IMG/VR virus record: IMGVR_UViG_3300046170_000470
Direction: 5' to 3' (one strand)
DNA: 64,000 nucleotides
From: a virus
Numbering within the stretch: the stretch's first letter is position 1; each line of letters starts with the position of its first letter. The notes under the pieces were generated by a model, which made no database searches, was not told the origin of the DNA, and was given only the letters and a program-made list of their open reading frames with translations. Position numbers and translations under genes: made by a program. Shown in pieces: positions 31,360 to 40,994 of the stretch.

Positions 31360-31479
31360 ATGCTTGTAACTTTTTTATTTGTACTTGCAGTATCAGGTAT
31401 AACAAAATTAATTTTTGAATTGATAACTAACCCATCCCAATTTAGCAATGCTACTTTTGGTGTGTTTGACTATCTGTAA
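31360..31479 (+). CDS. Small hydrophobic protein (39 aa; start could be further upstream)
   Basis: MLVTFLFVLAVSGITKLIFELITNPSQFSNATFGVFDYL; ends 2 nt before the next gene. Confidence 0.5.
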   Translation: MLVTFLFVLAVSGITKLIFELITNPSQFSNATFGVFDYL

Positions 31480-31481
31480 AA

Positions 31482-32192
31482 ATGAAACATCTTATCGTAT
31501 TTTTACTTGGGCTAAATGTAGCATTTGGTCAAGTACTAGGCAAAACAACTACTGAAGATTATACAGCTGGATTTGAATCAAGAGAATCTATCTGGTCTAT
31601 TCCAGAATATAACGGAGACCCAGTTACTGTTGCTCTCCTTAATATTGGAGTTAGTGATGAAGTACTATCACAATACCCGGAACTAGGAGATTACCGTGTA
31701 GGGTTAGGTCTTACCAATATAACAGTAGCATTCTTAGATGAAACATTTAGATTTGAATTCGTTGAAACTAAAGACGAAATTAAAAATAGAATGGTTTCTC
31801 AATATAAAGCCTCCCAGAAAGGATTTACTGCAAACCAAATTAATATTAAAGGTAAGATTATGCTTGCTAAATATTTTTGTTATATAGAAGTATATGACTT
31901 TTCTATTTCGGAAGATGAAAATATTAGCTTAAAAGATGGAATTAAAAGTAACTTAGTTACTAGGTTAGGTCTTCAAGTTAAGATGGTCGATGCTGAAACA
32001 GGCCTGTACATGACAGGCTCAGGTTTAGGTAAAGCTACAACGACAAGAGAAATGACTCTATTAAATGATCAAAATTTAGAAGAAATCAAATTCAACCAGT
32101 CTTCAATTGGTACATCAACCAAGAAAGCTTTAGAAACAGCAGTAGCTAAAGTAGTAAAAAGAATGATACGTAAACGTATCTTTGACCATTAA
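31482..32192 (+). CDS. Exported CsgG/HfaB-family-like protein
   Basis: Signal peptide ...VAFG|Q; RFEFVE, IEVYDFS and RLGLQVKMVDAETG....GSGLG typical of the CsgG fold. Confidence 0.7.
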   Translation: MKHLIVFLLGLNVAFGQVLGKTTTEDYTAGFESRESIWSIPEYNGDPVTVALLNIGVSDEVLSQYPELGDYRVGLGLTNITVAFLDETFRFEFVETKDEIKNRMVSQYKASQKGFTANQINIKGKIMLAKYFCYIEVYDFSISEDENISLKDGIKSNLVTRLGLQVKMVDAETGLYMTGSGLGKATTTREMTLLNDQNLEEIKFNQSSIGTSTKKALETAVAKVVKRMIRKRIFDH

Positions 32193-32195
32193 AAT

Positions 32196-33810
32196 GTGCG
32201 AAAACTACTCTACATATTATTTCTATTTGTCTGTTTTAAATCTATAGGACAAACACAAACTATATCTCAAACTTTTGTAGACAGATGTACTGGTGAAACC
32301 ACAATAGCAACAGCTAACTTTGTAAATGGTTCAGCTGTAGTAGCATTTTACAGTAGAGTAAAAACTTTCACTTGGGCAGAATATACAAATGGAACTTTAG
32401 AGGCATGGCTTAATGAAACTTATGCCTGGTGGTCAAATTTAAGCCCATGTTCTACCAATACAGCAACAAACCAAACAACACAGCAGACAACTACTAACGC
32501 TACTTCTAGTGCTACAAACGCTGCTACTAATGCTGCTAGTACTACAGGAGGAACAACAAATACAACAACAGGGACAGCATCTACTAACACAGGTTCGACT
32601 TCAACAGGATCTACCAATACGTCTAATGGTAACACAAATACAGGAAATGGTTCAACAAATTCAAATTCTTCATCTTCAAGCTCATCGTCTGGTTCTTCGG
32701 ATTCATCTAATAGCTCTTCGTCTGGTAATGATTCCACTGGGGGTGGAGATGACCAATCTAATAATTCGTCAAGCGGATCAGAAGGAGATTCGGGAGGTGA
32801 AAGCGAAAATACTAGCAGCGGAGGCGAAAGTGAAGGAGATACTTCTAATGATTCAAAGGAAGACACTTCAGATACAAATAGTGAAGAATCCACCGAAGAA
32901 GAAAGTAGCACTGAATCAGAAAGCTCAGAAGATAGTGAAAGTGAAGAATCTGAGTCTGAAGAAGTAGAAGAGGAATCTTCAGAGGAATCAGAAGAAGAAA
33001 GTTCTGAGGAAGAAAGTTCTGAGGAAGAAGAAAAAGAGGAGAAGAAAGAAGAAAAGAAAAAACGTAACCCCATAGCAGTAGCTGCTAATATAATGACCCA
33101 ATCTGGTCTAGATGGAAGATTAACCCAAGCAGCTAGTTTTGGATTTTCACAATCTTCACTTACAGGTACTACTACTTATTCTGCTAATGCTATGATCTGG
33201 GATAACCTAAAACAATTTAGTTTAAGTTTATCTAAATCTGATGTATATTTCAATTATGATAGAGAAGAAAAATTATTTCTCTATAACCCAGAAACAAATA
33301 AAGAAGATTTGTATTTTGGTTCTACTTACGGTAAGAGGAAGTATAATGGTGATACAATCTGTTAGTGCTAACTTTATGTATATATACGGTACTAAAGTAG
33401 CATCGTTTGGTTTGTCAAACGTATACTTAGGTCAAAAAGAAAACTTCTGGAAAGGATTCGTAGGTGGGTATGCTCTCTCTGGTACTATAATAAATGTAGA
33501 CGATACTGTAATGATAATGCCCTCTGGTGTATTATTTGGGACAAAACCATTTCCAACTAAAAGAGTTACTATTTCTCCAATGCTCGCTCTAGCATTCAAT
33601 CCAGTATCTTACACTTTTAATACTAAAGAAAAAACATTAAAAGGAGATTTAGCATGGAACGAACATATAACTTATATAGTAGGATCAAACTTTGATGTGG
33701 GACTCACACAGAGATTTAGATTTAATATTGGGGGTAATATAATAGGAACAACCCTTCCAGGAATTCCATTAACTTGGTCAGCAACTATTGGATCTAAATT
33801 TCAGTTTTAA
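32196..33810 (+). CDS. Exported stalked outer-membrane beta-barrel protein (one apparent insertion near 33333 splits ORFs 32196-33365 and 33241-33810)
   Basis: Signal peptide ...SIG|Q, two-Cys N-terminal domain, T/S/N then E/S low-complexity stalk, amphipathic beta-strands ending IGSKFQF. Confidence 0.65.
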
Positions 33811-33848
33811 TATGTATAATAGATAAAAAAATTGATGTTTCACTTAAA

Positions 33849-34112
33849 TTGTTATTTATGTTCAAAACTTTAAAACGTAAATGGATGGCTTTTAAAAATA
33901 TTTTTAAAGACGATAATGATATTAATGAAAAATCAGTAGTTGGGTTTGCTTCTTTTGCAGTAATGGTAATTTTTGCAATTGCAGATATCGTAACAGGATT
34001 TTTTGGAAAAGATTTAGTAATACAAGAATTTATATACGATTCATTCTTATTTATCACACTAGGATGTTTTGGAATTGCTGAGGCAGGTAAAATTTTTGGA
34101 AAAAAAGAATAA
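33849..34112 (+). CDS. Two-TM membrane protein, holin-like
   Basis: Two hydrophobic segments; first gene of the lysis cassette. Confidence 0.5.
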   Translation: MLFMFKTLKRKWMAFKNIFKDDNDINEKSVVGFASFAVMVIFAIADIVTGFFGKDLVIQEFIYDSFLFITLGCFGIAEAGKIFGKKE

Positions 34113-34113
34113 T

Positions 34114-34302
34114 ATGAAAAAAAAGATAATATCTATATTATTTTGTGTAATGCTTTTACTACCAAGTTGTGCATCATCTAAGCCTGCAAATGTAAAAATA
34201 GAAGAACCCAGAGAACAAGTTAGTGGAGAACATGACCCAATCATGAAATTATTACTTTCAGGTCTTATTATATTATCCCTTAATTTTCTTGTTACAAAAT
34301 AA
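34114..34302 (+). CDS. Lipoprotein with C-terminal TM segment (unimolecular-spanin-like topology)
   Basis: MKKKIISILFCVMLLLPS|C...LLLSGLIILSLNFLVTK; adjacent to endolysin candidate. Confidence 0.45.
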   Translation: MKKKIISILFCVMLLLPSCASSKPANVKIEEPREQVSGEHDPIMKLLLSGLIILSLNFLVTK

Positions 34303-34310
34303 AATAAATT

Positions 34311-34916
34311 ATGAGCTGTTATACAAGGCAACAAATTAAAGAAGCTGTTTTATCTAAAGGATATAGATGGTTTGAAAGTGGAAACTATAATTTAAATATT
34401 GTAGGAGTTAGAAACTCAGAAACCCATGGTAAAGTTACTAATAAATTTGATGATTGTCTTACAGTATCTTATAATGTAGATGGTGGAGAAAAATTCCATT
34501 GCTTTGCTGCTACTACAGACCCAGGATCCCATTGGGAGAAAAATTTATTAAATAAAGATGGGGTTGCAATTTTAGTTCCTGGGCAATACAGAGGTTCACA
34601 TAAAATTAGAAAACATCAGGGTAAATATGAAGCTCTATGTCAAAAGAAAGAAGTAAAAGTTTATAGAGATAACAACAAAGATGGGGTTTATGATATGTTA
34701 GAAGAAAACATTCATGAAGGTATTTATGGTATTAATATTCATAAAGCCGGCTCTAGAATAAATGGATCAACCCAAATAGATAAATGGTCCGCAGGTTGTC
34801 AGGTATTTTCCAAAGAATCAGATTTTAATCAATTAATGGATTTAGCGTATAAAGCTAAAGATTTGTATGGTAATTCATTTACTTATACATTAATTGAATC
34901 AAAAGATTTAGTTTAA
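34311..34916 (+). CDS. Putative endolysin with L,D-transpeptidase-like His/Cys motif
   Basis: GINIHKAG...WSAGCQV; lies between membrane genes and holin. Confidence 0.6.
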   Translation: MSCYTRQQIKEAVLSKGYRWFESGNYNLNIVGVRNSETHGKVTNKFDDCLTVSYNVDGGEKFHCFAATTDPGSHWEKNLLNKDGVAILVPGQYRGSHKIRKHQGKYEALCQKKEVKVYRDNNKDGVYDMLEENIHEGIYGINIHKAGSRINGSTQIDKWSAGCQVFSKESDFNQLMDLAYKAKDLYGNSFTYTLIESKDLV

Positions 34917-34918
34917 AA

Positions 34919-35335
34919 ATGAAAACAACACAATCTATCATAGCAATAACAAGTATGTCACTAGGATTTATATGTTCCTATTTTATGGAACTTACAATGC
35001 AAAATGCAGAGCAATATCTAGCTATTACTACTTTAGTATTTGCTGATGGTTTTTTTGGCATAATAGCGGGTATTAAAAGGGAAGGATTTAAAACCTACAA
35101 AGCAATAAAAATATTAAGGACCCTAGTTTTTTGGGTTATTATGTTAACTCTAATACTAGTAATAGAAAAAAGTATACCCGGAGCTAGTTGGTTAAGTGAA
35201 ACTATGCTTATGCCTTTGGTAATATTTCAATTAATAAGTACTATAAAAAATGCATCCATGGCTGGATTCATTAAAGCAGATATTGTCAATCAAATATTAG
35301 ATAGTATTGATAAACATAAGGGCACTAGAAAATAG
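34919..35335 (+). CDS. Phage holin family protein
   Basis: Three TM segments; D.FFGIIAG...F motif and QLISTIKNA..AG pattern. Confidence 0.65.
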   Translation: MKTTQSIIAITSMSLGFICSYFMELTMQNAEQYLAITTLVFADGFFGIIAGIKREGFKTYKAIKILRTLVFWVIMLTLILVIEKSIPGASWLSETMLMPLVIFQLISTIKNASMAGFIKADIVNQILDSIDKHKGTRK

Positions 35336-35372
35336 GTTGCCCCCTTCCTACTTTTTTATTATATTTATAACC

Positions 35373-35711
35373 ATGTATAGATACAACGCAAAATTAGACC
35401 GAGTTGTTGACGGAGATACTGTCGATGCTTTAGTAGACTTAGGATTTGATACTTGGAAAAAAGTAAGAGTTCGAATGATGGGGATGAATGCTCCTGAATC
35501 CCGCACACGAGATTTAGAAGAAAAAAAACGTGGACTAGCTGCTAAAGCAAGATTAATTAAATTATTAGAAGAGGGGGATTTTATTTTACAATCCCATGGG
35601 GTTGGAAAATATGGTAGATGTTTAGGGACTATATTTGTAAAAGATGTAGATGTAAATAAAACTTTAATTAATGAAGGACACGCAACAGAATACTTTGGGG
35701 GTGCTAGGTAA
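35373..35711 (+). CDS. Thermonuclease (SNase-like)
   Basis: RVVDGDT, RVRMMGMNAPE, GKYGRCLG and N..LINEGHA motifs. Confidence 0.88.
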   Translation: MYRYNAKLDRVVDGDTVDALVDLGFDTWKKVRVRMMGMNAPESRTRDLEEKKRGLAAKARLIKLLEEGDFILQSHGVGKYGRCLGTIFVKDVDVNKTLINEGHATEYFGGAR

Positions 35712-36922
35712 GATAAAACAAGGAATGTTTCCATTCCTAATCGGATTTTCTGCCCTGTCAGTTTCAGCTTCGGCCGCTTTCTATTCAGTTAGTGGCTTAA
35801 GCAAACTTTTTGCTGGAGCTAGTTTGGAGGTTATTATAATGGCGGGTTCATTAGAATTTGCTAAATTAGTTACAGCTTCCCTTTTGTATCAATATTGGGG
35901 TACAATTAACAAAACATTACGTACTTATTTATCCATTGCTACTGTTATATTAGTACTTATTACTAGTATGGGTATATATGGATTTTTAAGTGCTGCTTAC
36001 CAAGAAACATACTCTAAATTAACAGCAGTAGAAAACCAAAAAGGTTTTATTCAACAAAAAATTGACTTTTACCAAAATGATGTAGATCGATATGATGAAG
36101 AAATTAAAAGAATATCTAGTAATATTAGTACTTTATCTAATGCAAAAGCTACGTCCATCCAAGTACGGGACACCACGGTATCTGGGGGCTTTAGACAAAC
36201 AATCTCCACAACTGAGCTTAGAATGGCGCAGAATCGTATTAATATTGAAGAGGAGAATCGTAAATTGGCGCAACAAAAACGAACAATAGCTTCAGATAGC
36301 CTTCAGAAATTTCAATTGCAAGTGCTAGAACTAGATAATAACAACGAGGTAGCTGGAGAATTAGGACCCCTGCAGTATTTATCAGGGTTTGACGGGTACT
36401 CCTATGGATAAAATTATAAATTGGTTATTACTTATTATAATTTTTGTATTTGATCCTTTAGCTATATCTCTTGTAATAGCAGCTAACTTTGCATTTGCAC
36501 AAGCATACCCAAAAAAAAAGTATAAAGAAAATTTATATGGGGAGCTTGTAGATGATTTTTCTGAATGGGACAATTTAGAAGACATTGAAGTAAAAGATGC
36601 TGAAGAAATAAAAACCCAAGATGAATTTATGGTAAATTTAGATAATCTTGAAAGGGCTAGAGATTGGGAAGCAGCAGAACGAAGAATGGAAATTATTGGT
36701 CAAAACGGAAATGATGGGGAACATTACTCAGAATTGGACTTAAACCAGGATGGTGTAATAGATGAAAATGAAATAAAATTAGCCAAATCTAAATTAGAAC
36801 TATTGCAAAATTCCTTAAAAAAATCCCTATCAGGATTTAGAAGAAGAAGAACAAAAGAAGAGATAGATAAAATAAACAAATCTCTTTTAGAAGATGAAGA
36901 TGACGAAACAATAATATATTAA
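35701..36922 (+). CDS. Multi-TM coiled-coil membrane protein with EF-hand-like loop (one apparent insertion at GGG 36385-36387)
   Basis: Three N-terminal TM segments, coiled coil, IIFVFDPLAI, DLNQDGVIDENE; start uncertain. Confidence 0.6.
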
Positions 36923-36930
36923 ATAGTTAT

Positions 36931-37560
36931 ATGAATAGTTGTATTTTAATAACTTCCCATTTAAACACACCCGATAAAGTATTGGCGGGGATATCTCAAT
37001 TAGAATTTTTCCAAAAACAAAATAATATATTACCTATAATTTATGTAGGTAATTATCCAATACCTGAGATATTTCAACAATACCCTATTGTAAAGCAATG
37101 CCAATACACCTCAAATAATCCTACAACTGTGGGGGATAGAGTTTTGATAACACCCACAAAAGTGGTTAAGGATTATGGGTATGCCCATTTATCCCAAATA
37201 TTAATGGGTTTTCACTTGTGTAACCAACTTAATTATGACTATGTTCATCATTTTAATTATGATGTGTTGTTGGAAGAAGGGGAATATGAAAGGCTATTAG
37301 ATATTTCTAAAAACCAAGATTTTATTTATTATCCTTGGGGAGATGATGCTATAAATTCCTGTTTATTTTCAATCCAAACCCAAAAATTTATAGATGCTAT
37401 ATCCCCTTTAGCTCATTTTTACTACAACGAAAACCCACCTGGGATTACTGATGGGTGGTTTTTTGAGACTTGGTTAAAATGGGCATTTGAATATAGTGGA
37501 GTTTATAGTGATTTAAATAATTCTAGCGATATTAAGTTTAAATTATTAATAAATAATTAA
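36931..37560 (+). CDS. Hypothetical protein, possibly glycosyltransferase-like
   Basis: ILITSH start and FNYDV motif. Confidence 0.45.
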   Translation: MNSCILITSHLNTPDKVLAGISQLEFFQKQNNILPIIYVGNYPIPEIFQQYPIVKQCQYTSNNPTTVGDRVLITPTKVVKDYGYAHLSQILMGFHLCNQLNYDYVHHFNYDVLLEEGEYERLLDISKNQDFIYYPWGDDAINSCLFSIQTQKFIDAISPLAHFYYNENPPGITDGWFFETWLKWAFEYSGVYSDLNNSSDIKFKLLINN

Positions 37561-37567
37561 TAATAAG

Positions 37568-37599
37568 TTTGGCTCCCCTAAAAATGAGTCGTATATTTA
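37568..37599 (+). promoter_or_regulatory. Bacteroidota sigma70-type promoter
   Basis: TTTG-N20-TATATTTA; shares GTTTGGCTCCCC with the promoter at 21032. Confidence 0.8.
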
Positions 37600-37621
37600 T
37601 ATTGAATAAAAAATAAAGGTC

Positions 37622-37738
37622 ATGAAAAAATTTATCAAAAAGTACAAATCTCAAATCGATACAGTATCAGGTTTTTTGTTTATCGCAGCAATATTTTATA
37701 CATTATATTTTGCTTTATGGGTAGTTTGCCCTTGTTAA
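37622..37738 (+). CDS. 38-aa membrane peptide (absent from ORF track)
   Basis: MKKFIKKYKSQIDTVSGFLFIAAIFYTLYFALWVVCPC directly after the promoter. Confidence 0.6.
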   Translation: MKKFIKKYKSQIDTVSGFLFIAAIFYTLYFALWVVCPC

Positions 37739-37757
37739 TAGTTTTAAAATAAAGTTT

Positions 37758-38267
37758 ATGTTTGATATACCCATGTCAAGAAAAGAAGTAGATAAGCAAT
37801 TATCTCAATATCAAAAAATAAATTACAACCAATTTAGGTGGTGGAGGAGTTACCAACCAAAAAACAAACCACTTGATAATCGTCAACCATTACGTGATCG
37901 TATATTTAATGGGGATTTTGATTATTCATGTTATAAAGCTCAACAATATTTAGTTGAATATCAATTAAATGATATATTAGAAGAATGTGATATGGATTAT
38001 GCCAAATACCTAGAAAAAACCCAGGTTATTAGAGCACGAAGAAAACGTCTAATTGAGGACTTTGAAAAAGATGAAGCTGAGAGATTACGTTCTTTAACAG
38101 TTGAATTTACAAAATATTTCAAATGTAATAGAGAACAAGTTGAAAAAGAAATGTTAGAATGTAGTGGCTCCCTGATAGATCTTTATTATATTATAGAAGA
38201 AAAGTATAAAATAGTCCATATACCTGTTCCATTAAAACGTAGAGGACGACCAAAAAAAGTTATATAA
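37758..38267 (+). CDS. Hypothetical protein with C-terminal AT-hook-like KRRGRPKK
   Basis: ORF track; YNQFRWWR and I.NGDFD.S motifs. Confidence 0.6.
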   Translation: MFDIPMSRKEVDKQLSQYQKINYNQFRWWRSYQPKNKPLDNRQPLRDRIFNGDFDYSCYKAQQYLVEYQLNDILEECDMDYAKYLEKTQVIRARRKRLIEDFEKDEAERLRSLTVEFTKYFKCNREQVEKEMLECSGSLIDLYYIIEEKYKIVHIPVPLKRRGRPKKVI

Positions 38268-39005
38268 ATGAGTAAAACTTTAATTACAATAACAGGAAAT
38301 TGGCATAAAGATTATTATTCTAATTGGATTGAATGTGAAACTACCTGGGTACCTAAACTAAGGGAAAAAGGTTATGATGTATTGTATTTAATGTCTAATC
38401 CCCATTTAGATAAAGGTTATGAATTACAAGGAAATTTTTTCTTTTCAAAATGTTTAGACAATAAGTATGATATTTACATGAAGTGTGAATATTTTATATC
38501 TAAATACGTACTAAATGAAACAGAATACCAATACAGGTATCATATTGATTCAGATAGCTTTGTCCACCCAGATAGATTTATTAAATTTATAGAAGATTAT
38601 ACAATAACTAATCCTAAAGATTATGTGGGGTGTGCTGTGCCCTATCCTAGTTTCCATTGGGATAACCTAATCCAAAAAGAAATAGATAATGTTAATATAT
38701 GGGCTAGTGGAGGATCAGGTTTTTTATTAAGTCGAAAATCTATGAAATACTTAGTTGAGGATTTTTCTAGAGATGAATTTAAAGATACCATTTTTGAAGA
38801 TAAAATAGTAGGACAGATATTATACAGAAATGGAATCAATTTATTCCATGATTCTAGACTATTATTCACATCTCCATATAAACAAATAATGCATAACCCT
38901 GCAAATGATCCTGTTAACTTTATAGGAAACAAAGATTCATTTTTAGCAGTACAACATTACTGTAATGGTCACATGCAAGAAATAATACATAAATTAGAAT
39001 TATGA
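38268..39005 (+). CDS. GT-A glycosyltransferase (GT31/Fringe-like)
   Basis: TW, IDSDSFV (DxD), WASGGSGFLLS and FED..VG motifs. Confidence 0.7.
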   Translation: MSKTLITITGNWHKDYYSNWIECETTWVPKLREKGYDVLYLMSNPHLDKGYELQGNFFFSKCLDNKYDIYMKCEYFISKYVLNETEYQYRYHIDSDSFVHPDRFIKFIEDYTITNPKDYVGCAVPYPSFHWDNLIQKEIDNVNIWASGGSGFLLSRKSMKYLVEDFSRDEFKDTIFEDKIVGQILYRNGINLFHDSRLLFTSPYKQIMHNPANDPVNFIGNKDSFLAVQHYCNGHMQEIIHKLEL

Positions 39006-39793
39006 AAGTATCACATGAAGTACCTCGCTGTTTATTAACAGCATCCCCTGAATTTAATGATTACGATTATGCACTTCCTCACTTGTTTGACCAAGATGAA
39101 GAATATCTACAATATTTTATGGATGCAAAAGCAGATGGTCGTTATATTATAATGGATAATTCACTCCATGAATTGGGAGAAGCATATAATCATGAAAGAT
39201 TACGTTATTGGGTTAGTGTAATAGAACCAGATGAATTTATAGTCCCAGATGTTTGGATGAAATGTGCTGAAACAGCAGCTCAAGCTAAATACTGGAAGCA
39301 ATTTAAATATCCTAAAAAAACTAAACTCACAGCTGTAATTCAAGGTGAAAATAAAAACCAAGCCTATTTGTGTGCTAATTTATTAGCTAATTTAGGATAT
39401 GATAAATTATGTGTATCTTATGGTGCTACTTGGTATAATGATTTCTTTCCACATACTAACGCAGATATGGGAAAAGCATTAGGTAGAGTACGATTTGTAC
39501 AGGGATTATTAAATTTAAAACAATTAAAAGATATTAAGTTTCATTTACTAGGTTGTTCAATACCACAAGAATTTGGTTGGTATGATAATAATCCAAGAAT
39601 AGAATCAATTGATACTTCTAACCCAGTAATGGCTGCTTTAGAAAGTACATGGTATAATGATAATGGTTTAAATACAAAACCAAAAGCAAATATGAATGAT
39701 TATTTTGATATAGATTTTTCAAAAATTGATTATTTAAATGTTGTTCATAATACAACTAAATTTAGAAGAATTAATAATTTAAAAATTAAATAG
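39002..39793 (+). CDS. DpdA/TGT-like 7-deazaguanine transglycosylase-family protein
   Basis: IIMDNS, IVPDV, AVIQG, FHLLG and SIDTS TGT-barrel motifs; adjacent to queC/D/E and folE. Confidence 0.7.
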   Translation: MKVSHEVPRCLLTASPEFNDYDYALPHLFDQDEEYLQYFMDAKADGRYIIMDNSLHELGEAYNHERLRYWVSVIEPDEFIVPDVWMKCAETAAQAKYWKQFKYPKKTKLTAVIQGENKNQAYLCANLLANLGYDKLCVSYGATWYNDFFPHTNADMGKALGRVRFVQGLLNLKQLKDIKFHLLGCSIPQEFGWYDNNPRIESIDTSNPVMAALESTWYNDNGLNTKPKANMNDYFDIDFSKIDYLNVVHNTTKFRRINNLKIK

Positions 39794-39795
39794 TT

Positions 39796-39990
39796 ATGGC
39801 AAAGTTAACAAGAAATGTAAATTATTGTAATTACAGATGGGAAGAATATGTGCTAACAGAAGAAGAATTAGCACAATGGAAAACGGGTGATGAAGATCTC
39901 CAACAAGAAATCATAGATAATGCAGATTGGGACTTAGTAAGAGATAAACCAATTGATGATTATAGTGAACCAGAATTTGTAGAAGAATAA
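39796..39990 (+). CDS. Small acidic hypothetical protein
   Basis: ORF track; tight packing with neighbours. Confidence 0.6.
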   Translation: MAKLTRNVNYCNYRWEEYVLTEEELAQWKTGDEDLQQEIIDNADWDLVRDKPIDDYSEPEFVEE

Positions 39991-39994
39991 TAAT

Positions 39995-40180
39995 ATGGCA
40001 GAATTTATAAGACACGCACTAGGACTTTGTGGAGAACACTATCATCCAAATTTATGGACACTTCTTATAGGAGGAGTTGGATTTTCAACTATTTTTTCGT
40101 ATGTTCGATCATATATAAAATGTAAATTTAATCAAGCGTTAGCCTATACGCGAAATACCTGGCAAAAATTAAATAAGTAA
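39995..40180 (+). CDS. Small membrane protein (GLCGEHYHP motif)
   Basis: ORF track; one TM segment. Confidence 0.55.
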   Translation: MAEFIRHALGLCGEHYHPNLWTLLIGGVGFSTIFSYVRSYIKCKFNQALAYTRNTWQKLNK

Positions 40181-40183
40181 ATT

Positions 40184-40972
40184 ATGGCACATTGTGTAGT
40201 AAGTTTAAGTGGTGGAATGGATAGCAGCACCCTATTGTTAAGAGCTATCGAGAAGTATGATACCGTAACTGGTATCTCATTTGATTACGGTCAAAAACAC
40301 AGAGTAGAGCTAGAGAGAGCTCAATCATTAATTGATTACCTTGCAAGTAAAGGTCACAAAGTAAATTATCGTCAAATTAAACTTGATGGTCTAGTAGATC
40401 TATTAGACTCAGCTTTAGTTACAGGTGGAGATGACGTACCAGAAGGTCATTACGAACAAGATAATATGAAAGAAACAGTTGTTCCTAATAGAAACAAAAT
40501 GTTTGCTTCAATTACTCAAGCAGTTGCATTATCTGTAGCAAATAGAACAGAAGATGTTTGTGATATCGCTTTAGGTATTCATGCCGGTGACCATGCAGTT
40601 TACCCTGATTGTAGACAAGAATTTAGAGATGCAGATGATGCAGCTTTTAGAATTGGAAACTGGGATGCAGATAGAGTAGGTTACTTTACACCTTATTTAG
40701 ATACTGATAAATTTGGTATCCTACAAGATGGAGAAAAATTATGTGAAATTTTAGGTATTGATTTTGATGAAGTTTATAAAAGAACTAATACATCGTACAA
40801 ACCCTATCCTAGTGGAAATTCCGATTATAAGTCTGCTTCTAGTGTTGAGAGGATTGAGGCTTTTATTGCTTTGGGGAGAAAAGATCCTGTACAGTATGAG
40901 GATGAAACTGGAGTGGTTGATTACGAAGTAGCAAAAACTCATGTTGAGAAAGTTCTTGCTGAATATGTATAG
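40184..40972 (+). CDS. queC: 7-cyano-7-deazaguanine synthase
   Basis: SLSGGMDSST, FDYGQKH, VVPNRN and YPDCR motifs. Confidence 0.95.
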   Translation: MAHCVVSLSGGMDSSTLLLRAIEKYDTVTGISFDYGQKHRVELERAQSLIDYLASKGHKVNYRQIKLDGLVDLLDSALVTGGDDVPEGHYEQDNMKETVVPNRNKMFASITQAVALSVANRTEDVCDIALGIHAGDHAVYPDCRQEFRDADDAAFRIGNWDADRVGYFTPYLDTDKFGILQDGEKLCEILGIDFDEVYKRTNTSYKPYPSGNSDYKSASSVERIEAFIALGRKDPVQYEDETGVVDYEVAKTHVEKVLAEYV

Positions 40973-40994
40973 ATTACTATTAATATTTTAAAGA

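Noticed and set aside
32420-33073. 217-aa minus-strand ORF and 152-aa alternative-frame ORF
   Set aside because: Shadows of the low-complexity Ser/Thr/Glu stalk, which lacks stop codons in other frames
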